The translations under genes were made by a program, and so were the position numbers. From Patescibacteria group bacterium (GTDB lineage: Bacteria; Patescibacteriota; Minisyncoccia; JACQLN01): a stretch of 64,000 nucleotides of DNA. The stretch is from positions 20,713 to 84,712 of the forward strand of contig JBBTRR010000006.1 of the NCBI GenBank assembly GCA_038065095.1. Reading direction: 5' to 3'. The stretch's first letter is position 1. Each line of letters starts with the position of its first letter. Under the pieces are notes generated by a model. That model was not told where the DNA came from. It did not search any database and saw only the letters and a list, made by a program, of their open reading frames with translations. Shown in pieces: positions 58,578 to 64,000 of this stretch.

Positions 58578-59789
58578 TTACTTAGAATTTAAAATTACTT
58601 CAATAGCCTTATCTAACTGTGGATCTCTTAAGTTTTCTATATCATCTTTAGTAAATTCAACCTTAACATCAGCCTCCAAACCTTCGTGCATAATAGATTT
58701 TCCCGAAGGTGTTAACCATTTAGCAATAGTCACCTTTAAACTGGTACCTTCACGCATATTTTCGAGTTGTTGCACCGAACCCTTACCAAAACTTTTAGCA
58801 CCAATTAATTGTATTTTGCGGTTATCCCGCAAAGCTCCTGCCAAAATTTCCGAAGCCGAAGCTGAACCTTCGTTCATTAAAACCACCATCGGCATATTTT
58901 TTAAAACAGCATTGCCACTAGCTAAATATTTTTTGGTTTGAGTGCCATCGCCAAAATCTTCTATAGCCACCACACTTTCTACATCCATAAACCAACCAGC
59001 AATATCTTGCGAGACTTCTAAATAACCACCTGGGTTATTTCTTATATCTAAAACGATCCTATCGGCAGGACTTCGCAAAACATCTAGTACTGCTTTTCTA
59101 AATTCTGTAGGTGCAGTTTCACCAAAATTAAATAGCTGAATATACGCAACTTTATCTTTTTTAAGTTGCCATTTTACTGTAGGAATTTTAATATCGTCGC
59201 GAACAATGCTTATTTCTTTAATAGCGTCGTCCCCTGGTCTGCTTATGGTTAATTTAACCGCAGAACCTTTTGGACCACGTATCAAGCCCACGGCTTCACT
59301 TATACCCATATCTGCTGTAATAGTATCGTTAATTTTTAAAATTCTATCACCCGCTCTTAACCCAGCTTTTTGAGAAGGAGAATCTTCTAGTGGAGAAATA
59401 ACCGTTAACACTTCTTTTCTAACACCAATTTCGGCACCAATTCCACCAAACGAACCAGAAACATCATCTTTAAACTGTTTTGCTTCTACGGGTTCAAAAA
59501 AGGTTGTGTAAGGGTCTTTTAAAGATTTTACCATGCCATCTATAGCACCATAAACCATTTTCTTTCTATCCAAACTGGATCTATCCACATATTTATCTTG
59601 AATAATCTTCCAAGCATCCCAAAACAAACTAAAATCTACATCGTCAGGCTGAGTTAAAGATTTATTACCAACACCTTCTATGGCATATATAGATGGCACT
59701 TGGCTTTTGCCATAATAAAAACCACCATAAAAAGTGGTGACTGCAAGTGCTAAGGCAAAAATAAATAAACTAGCCGATTTCCTGTTCAT
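58578..59789 (-). CDS. ctpA: carboxyl-terminal processing protease (S41)
   Basis: PDZ plus S41 core. GAKSFGKGSVQ catalytic region. N-terminal TM. Confidence 0.85.
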   Translation of the reverse strand: MNRKSASLFIFALALAVTTFYGGFYYGKSQVPSIYAIEGVGNKSLTQPDDVDFSLFWDAWKIIQDKYVDRSSLDRKKMVYGAIDGMVKSLKDPYTTFFEPVEAKQFKDDVSGSFGGIGAEIGVRKEVLTVISPLEDSPSQKAGLRAGDRILKINDTITADMGISEAVGLIRGPKGSAVKLTISRPGDDAIKEISIVRDDIKIPTVKWQLKKDKVAYIQLFNFGETAPTEFRKAVLDVLRSPADRIVLDIRNNPGGYLEVSQDIAGWFMDVESVVAIEDFGDGTQTKKYLASGNAVLKNMPMVVLMNEGSASASEILAGALRDNRKIQLIGAKSFGKGSVQQLENMREGTSLKVTIAKWLTPSGKSIMHEGLEADVKVEFTKDDIENLRDPQLDKAIEVILNSK

Positions 59790-59876
59790 TTTGTGTTACT
59801 TTTTCCTTTTTTTAAGATTAAAAAAATAAGCCCAAACCAACCCCAAAATTATAGCTAATGCAAAATAAAAAAGATA

Positions 59877-59898
59877 CATGTCCGCCCAGTAGGAGTCG
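59877..59898 (-). repeat. partial copy of the tRNA-Lys 3' end (22 nt, 1 mismatch)
   Basis: atgtccgcccagtaggagtcg versus atgtccgcccggtaggagtcg at 60023-60044. Confidence 0.75.
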
Positions 59899-60026
59899 TC
59901 CCCTCGTCGCTAACGCGACTCTTTAAAACCTTGCGGTTTTAATATTTCCACATCGGGAAACCGAATCGTTTCCCGACCCCTTCGTTAAGGTTCGCCACCT
60001 ACCGGAATATTTTTAATTAATAAATG

Positions 60027-60099
60027 TCCGCCCGGTAGGAGTCGAACCTACGACCATCTCCTTAAAAGGGAGCTGCTCTACCAACTGAGCTACGGGCGG
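60027..60099 (-). tRNA. tRNA-Lys(UUU)
   Basis: Minus-strand sequence ccgcccgTAGCTCAGTTGGTAGAGCagctccCTTTTAAggagatggtcGTAGGTTCGACTCCTACcgggcgga. No CCA encoded. Confidence 0.85.
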
Positions 60100-60200
60100 A
60101 TAAATTTTCTAGTCTGTCCACTGGCGTCCAAAGGTCAAGTTGAGTCGGATAACAACTACTTGTCCTTCCGAAGCTCGAATATCATTCGAGCGAAGGAGGA

Positions 60201-60214
60201 AGCTACGGGCGGAT
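60201..60214 (-). repeat. partial copy of the tRNA-Lys 5' end (14 nt exact)
   Basis: agctacgggcggat at 60201-60214 and 60088-60101. Confidence 0.6.
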
Positions 60215-60281
60215 TATCTAAAGCATAATAGCAAAAAACGCCAAGAAATCAAACCAAAGGCTTAACCTTGATATAAGTAAC

Positions 60282-60809
60282 CTATTTTCTCAATAACAAA
60301 AACCCTAACAAGGGCAATCCAGCCCAAATTCCACGACTTATATCGCCCGAAAAAAGTTTATCCACCAAAGAAATATTACTTAAAACATCTACATCCGTAA
60401 CAAAATTAAGTGCGCTAGAAACCAAAAAACCCAATGTTATAACCGAAAGCAAAATCATCTTTATTCGGCCGGCATGGTCATTGCTAGCTCCGCCATAAAT
60501 ACCTTTAGCAATGGTGGTGTAAAGCAAAAAGAAAATAGCTAAAACTGCACCTAAGAAAATATAAACATTATCACCATAAGCCAACGCCCAATCAAAAGGT
60601 AGGGCTTGATATAGAGCTGTAACAATATATACAGCCACACCGAGTAATATTATTTTTCGTCTTTTTAAAAACATTGAAACCAAAACCGAAGCCACCAAAA
60701 AACCGAGTATAAAAAATGTATCCATTCTTTGCGCACCTAAAAAGAAAAGATCAAATTTAGAATTGATATTTCGAGATAAATCTATAACCCAATTTAAAAA
60801 CTTAGACAT
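60282..60809 (-). CDS. polytopic membrane protein (possibly CvpA-like)
   Basis: Four TM helices. About 175 aa. Weak resemblance to the CvpA architecture only. Confidence 0.4.
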   Translation of the reverse strand: MSKFLNWVIDLSRNINSKFDLFFLGAQRMDTFFILGFLVASVLVSMFLKRRKIILLGVAVYIVTALYQALPFDWALAYGDNVYIFLGAVLAIFFLLYTTIAKGIYGGASNDHAGRIKMILLSVITLGFLVSSALNFVTDVDVLSNISLVDKLFSGDISRGIWAGLPLLGFLLLRK

Positions 60810-60986
60810 AACTGTATTTTAACATAAAAAAGAATCAGAAAGACCAACTTTACAACTATGTTTACATCCGCTTGACGGCTATAAAATACCTGCTATACTT
60901 GTTTATAAATGGCTTCGGCCCTCCCCGTAAGGGGTAACAATTGCTTCGGCACGACTCTGTCGCAAGGCAGAGGTAAAAAGAAAAAC

Positions 60987-61388
60987 TCAAGGTAACAATG
61001 CCTTGAGTTTTTCAGTTAGACCTACAAAATCTTTCTGATTGATTTCCCCTATTCTATAAGACAGCCTACGCGCGTCAACCGTTCTAATTTGGGAGAGTAT
61101 TGCAAGACTTTCAGTTCCAGATCCAAAAGAGAATTTAAAATAATAAATTTCCTTTTTATTATTTTCCTTCTTAGGCTTCGTTAACGGTAACGCCCAAAAC
61201 ATATAAACATTAAATTTTCTTAAAATTAAAACTGGTCTCAAAAAATCTTCACCTATACCGTCCTGTTCAAAACCAACATTCGCGCCCAAATGACAAAACC
61301 AAATTTCTCTTTCATGAAAAAATGGCCTTTTTTCAATATCATCGATTTGCGATTTTTTATTGTGCCAAGTTTGAAAATCTTTTTTCAC
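60987..61388 (-). CDS. MazF/PemK-like toxin-fold protein (orphan)
   Basis: REIWFCHLGANVGFEQDGIGEDFLRPVLIL...ALPLT...SQIRTVDARRLSYRIGEINQKDFVGLTEKLKALL parallels MazF GEIWWVDLDPTRGSEQAGHRPAVVL...CVPCT...DQVKSIAW... Confidence 0.55.
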   Translation of the reverse strand: MKKDFQTWHNKKSQIDDIEKRPFFHEREIWFCHLGANVGFEQDGIGEDFLRPVLILRKFNVYMFWALPLTKPKKENNKKEIYYFKFSFGSGTESLAILSQIRTVDARRLSYRIGEINQKDFVGLTEKLKALLP

Positions 61389-61410
61389 ATTAGAAAAGAA
61401 AAGATTATTT

Positions 61411-62502
61411 TTATAACTCTCCTGCTATTTCTTTTAATACTTTTTGCGCCTTACTAGAAAGTTTTTTAGGCGTGCGAATGTAAACTTCCACATATTGATC
61501 ACCCCTTCGTGAAGCCGAATACGGCATACCTTTACCGCCCATTTTGAATATCGCGCCAGATTCCGTGCCAGAAGGAATTTTTAAATCTACTTTGCCATCT
61601 ATAGTTTTTATTTCTGCGCTACCACCTAAAACCGCCATATCAAACGGTACACCAAGTTCACTATATAAATCGGCGCCATCACGTTCAAAAATTTCGTGTT
61701 CTTTAATGTTAACTTTAATTTCTAGGTCTCCTGCTTCACCTCCGCGTATACCTTCTTCACCTTTGCTATGTATACGTAAAACTCCGCCAGATTCAATTCC
61801 TGCCGGAATTGGTATAGAAAGTTTTTCTATTTTTCTAACCCGCCCTTCACCTGAACAGTCCTTACAGGCTTGTTCCGGATATTGGCCTTCACCATGACAG
61901 GTTGGGCAAACTGCTGTTTGAGAAAAAACTCCAAAAAAAGTTCGCTGGGTTTTTTTAAGCTCACCCGCGCCTTCGCAGGTTTTACATTTTATTTTTCCAG
62001 TGCCCGGTTCTGTACCATCGCCTTTGCAACGCATACAACGAACTAATTTTCTTAATTCCAATTCTTTAGCTACGCCTTTAAAAGCTTCTTCCAAAGAAAT
62101 TTCTAGCGTTACACCAATATCGCGTCCACGTTGGGCCACATTATTACGACCCTTACGACCACCCCAGCCCGAGGCTGGTCCGCCTTGGGCGGAAAAAAAA
62201 TCAGAAAATATATCACCTAAATCAAATTCAACATTGTTAAAATCAAAATTAGAAAAATCAAAACCAGCTGGCCCGCCTTGTGGACCGCCAAAACCTTCTG
62301 CCGTGCCAAAACGATCATATTGCGCACGCTTATCGGGGTTACCCAAAATTTGGTAAGCCTCGTTTATTTCTTTAAACTTAGCTTCATCGCCACCAGATTT
62401 ATCAGGGTGAAATTTATGAGCCTTATCCCTATAAGCTTTCTTAACCTCTTCTTGCGAAGCGGTTTTATTAACTCCGAGTATGTTGTAGTAATCCTTTGCC
62501 AT
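61411..62502 (-). CDS. dnaJ: molecular chaperone DnaJ
   Basis: J domain with HPD (HKFHPDK). G/F region. Four CxxCxGxG repeats. Confidence 0.95.
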   Translation of the reverse strand: MAKDYYNILGVNKTASQEEVKKAYRDKAHKFHPDKSGGDEAKFKEINEAYQILGNPDKRAQYDRFGTAEGFGGPQGGPAGFDFSNFDFNNVEFDLGDIFSDFFSAQGGPASGWGGRKGRNNVAQRGRDIGVTLEISLEEAFKGVAKELELRKLVRCMRCKGDGTEPGTGKIKCKTCEGAGELKKTQRTFFGVFSQTAVCPTCHGEGQYPEQACKDCSGEGRVRKIEKLSIPIPAGIESGGVLRIHSKGEEGIRGGEAGDLEIKVNIKEHEIFERDGADLYSELGVPFDMAVLGGSAEIKTIDGKVDLKIPSGTESGAIFKMGGKGMPYSASRRGDQYVEVYIRTPKKLSSKAQKVLKEIAGEL

Positions 62503-62596
62503 AAATTAAAAATTAAAAATAAAACATTAAAATTACAGATTAAAATCTAAAAATTTAAATTTTGATTTGTCATTTTTATTTTTTATACTTGATATT

Positions 62597-64000
62597 TTAT
62601 TTTTCTTTAAATTCCCCTTCCTGCGGTTTCTCACCTTCATCCGATTTTTTTTCTGCACTCGGTTCAGCTGGTTGACCAGCTTGGGCCTGTTTATATAAGT
62701 CCGCACCAAATTTTTGTATAGTCTGGCTTAAAGCCTCTGTTTTAGATTTTATCACATCAATATCGGCCGAGTCTTTTACCTTCTTTAAATCTTCTAATTT
62801 TTCGTCTATTTCTTTTTTAACTTCTGGTGGAATCTTTGCTTGCCCTGAGCCTGCTTGCGGTGAGCCTGTCGAATCCGTCGAAGGGTCAGCAAGGTCACGC
62901 AAAGTTTTTTCGGTACTATAAATTATAGTTTCTGCATTTATTTTTACTTCCGAAACTTCTTTCTTTTTGGCATCTTCCACTGCATGCATTTCTGCTTCTT
63001 TTTTCATTCTCTCTATTTCTTCTTTAGATAAGCCTGAAGAACCCTCTATACGAATAGACTGTGCTTTACCAGTAGCCTTGTCTTTAGCAGAAACGGAAAG
63101 TATACCGTTAGCATCAATATCTATGGCAACTTCTATTTGAGGTGTGCCACGCGGAGCTGGTGGAATACCATCTAAAATAAACCTACCTAAGGTTTTATTG
63201 TCTGTAGCCATTGGGCGTTCGCCTTGCAAAATATGAATTTCTACTTGAGGTTGGCTATCGGCCGCAGTAGAAAAAACTTGAGACTTTGAAGTTGGTATGG
63301 TTGTATTTTTGCCAATAAGTACGGTCATTACCCCACCCAATGTTTCCAAACCCAAAGATAGAGGCGTAACATCTAACAAAAGAATGTCTTTAACATCGCC
63401 TTGCAAGATTCCGGCCTGAATAGCCGCACCTAATGCCACAACTTCGTCTGGGTTAATATTTTTATGAGCATCTTTACCAAAAAGCTTTTTAACAGCTTCT
63501 TGCATCGCCGGCATTCTGGTTTGTCCACCTACTAAAATAACTTCGTTGATTTCGGAAATTTTAAATTCAGCTTCTTCTACAGTTTTTTTAGTAATCTCTA
63601 TAGATTTTTCTATTTCGTTTCTAACTAAATCTTCCAACTTGGCCCGAGAAAGATTCATTAAAAAATGCTTTGGACCATTAGCATCCGTAGTTATGAAAGG
63701 AATATTTACTTCGGTTTCCAAAGACGAAGAAAGTTCATGCTTAGCTCTTTCGGCGCCTTCTTTTAAACGCTGTAAAGCCAAAGTATCTTTACCTAAATCT
63801 ATACCCTGATCTTTTCTAAATTCGTCTATTAAGAAGTGAATTATTTTTTGATCAAAATCGTCACCACCCAAGTGAGTGTCCCCTCCCACAGCTTTAACCT
63901 CTACTGTATTTTCGGATACTTCTAAAACAGACACGTCAAACGTGCCTCCGCCAAAATCGTAAACTACAATTTTTTCCTCTTTCTTTTTATCTAACCCATA
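62597..64000 (-). CDS. dnaK: molecular chaperone DnaK (3' portion; 5' end beyond window)
   Basis: [11 protein letters not shown]...[16 protein letters not shown]. Frame stays open to the window edge. Confidence 0.95.
   Translation of the reverse strand, partial: YGLDKKKEEKIVVYDFGGGTFDVSVLEVSENTVEVKAVGGDTHLGGDDFDQKIIHFLIDEFRKDQGIDLGKDTLALQRLKEGAERAKHELSSSLETEVNIPFITTDANGPKHFLMNLSRAKLEDLVRNEIEKSIEITKKTVEEAEFKISEINEVILVGGQTRMPAMQEAVKKLFGKDAHKNINPDEVVALGAAIQAGILQGDVKDILLLDVTPLSLGLETLGGVMTVLIGKNTTIPTSKSQVFSTAADSQPQVEIHILQGERPMATDNKTLGRFILDGIPPAPRGTPQIEVAIDIDANGILSVSAKDKATGKAQSIRIEGSSGLSKEEIERMKKEAEMHAVEDAKKKEVSEVKINAETIIYSTEKTLRDLADPSTDSTGSPQAGSGQAKIPPEVKKEIDEKLEDLKKVKDSADIDVIKSKTEALSQTIQKFGADLYKQAQAGQPAEPSAEKKSDEGEKPQEGEFKEK

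Noticed and set aside
59950-60026. Possible additional tRNA between the tRNA-Lys 3' fragment and tRNA-Lys
   Set aside because: The sequence contains GGTTCG but no cloverleaf with acceptor/T-arm pairing could be built. Treated as spacer with a hairpin (cgggaaac...gtttcccg).
1-64000. CRISPR arrays and cas genes
   Set aside because: No regularly spaced direct repeats with unique spacers were seen. Repeats found are palindromic terminators, the triple CGAGAGG motif and tRNA/HK-derived duplications.

Overview
Composition and gene content indicate a small-genome, CPR/Patescibacteria-like bacterium. The window is AT-rich with densely packed short genes, several truncated core enzymes and no grpE or uvrB in view.

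Backbone genes, in order:
- Metal ABC transporter (ZnuC/ZnuB-like), fmt and def.
- aspS, scpA, scpB, then a dcw-like cell-wall block: dacA-like S11 carboxypeptidase, mraY, amidohydrolase, ftsW, murG, gltX and an M23 peptidase.
- A GT2 (Dpm1-like) plus GT-C (PMT/ArnT-like) glycosylation pair.
- htpX-lemA, groES-groEL, uvrA, a short uvrC, secG, an OppA-like substrate-binding protein, RNase J, PGM/PMM, ychF, rpmA, rplI, ctpA, dnaJ and partial dnaK.
- tRNA-Ser(GGA), tRNA-Leu(CAG) and tRNA-Lys(UUU).

Accessory content:
- A compact R-M locus: UmuD'-like S24 peptidase, amino-methyltransferase and PD-(D/E)xK endonuclease.
- An IS200/IS605 TnpA remnant.
- An orphan histidine kinase whose 3' coding end is duplicated 1.3 kb downstream.
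- Three toxin-antitoxin loci: RelE/RHH, HicAB and an orphan MazF-like gene.
- A GC-shifted island (cupin, SWIB, SHOCT, DUF302, methyltransferase, membrane proteins) next to the 3' end of tRNA-Ser.
- A GC-richer unknown gene inserted into the dcw-like operon, preceded by triple direct repeats.
- A roughly 650-nt GC-rich, heavily hairpinned non-coding block bounded by two intrinsic terminators, between a GC-rich GT-B-like gene and groES. This is a candidate large structured ncRNA or a decayed foreign element.
- A promoter plus structured leader with mutually exclusive helices in front of a small GC-rich gene.
- tRNA-Lys flanked by partial copies of its own ends.

All calls rest on motif recognition by eye; no database searches were run.
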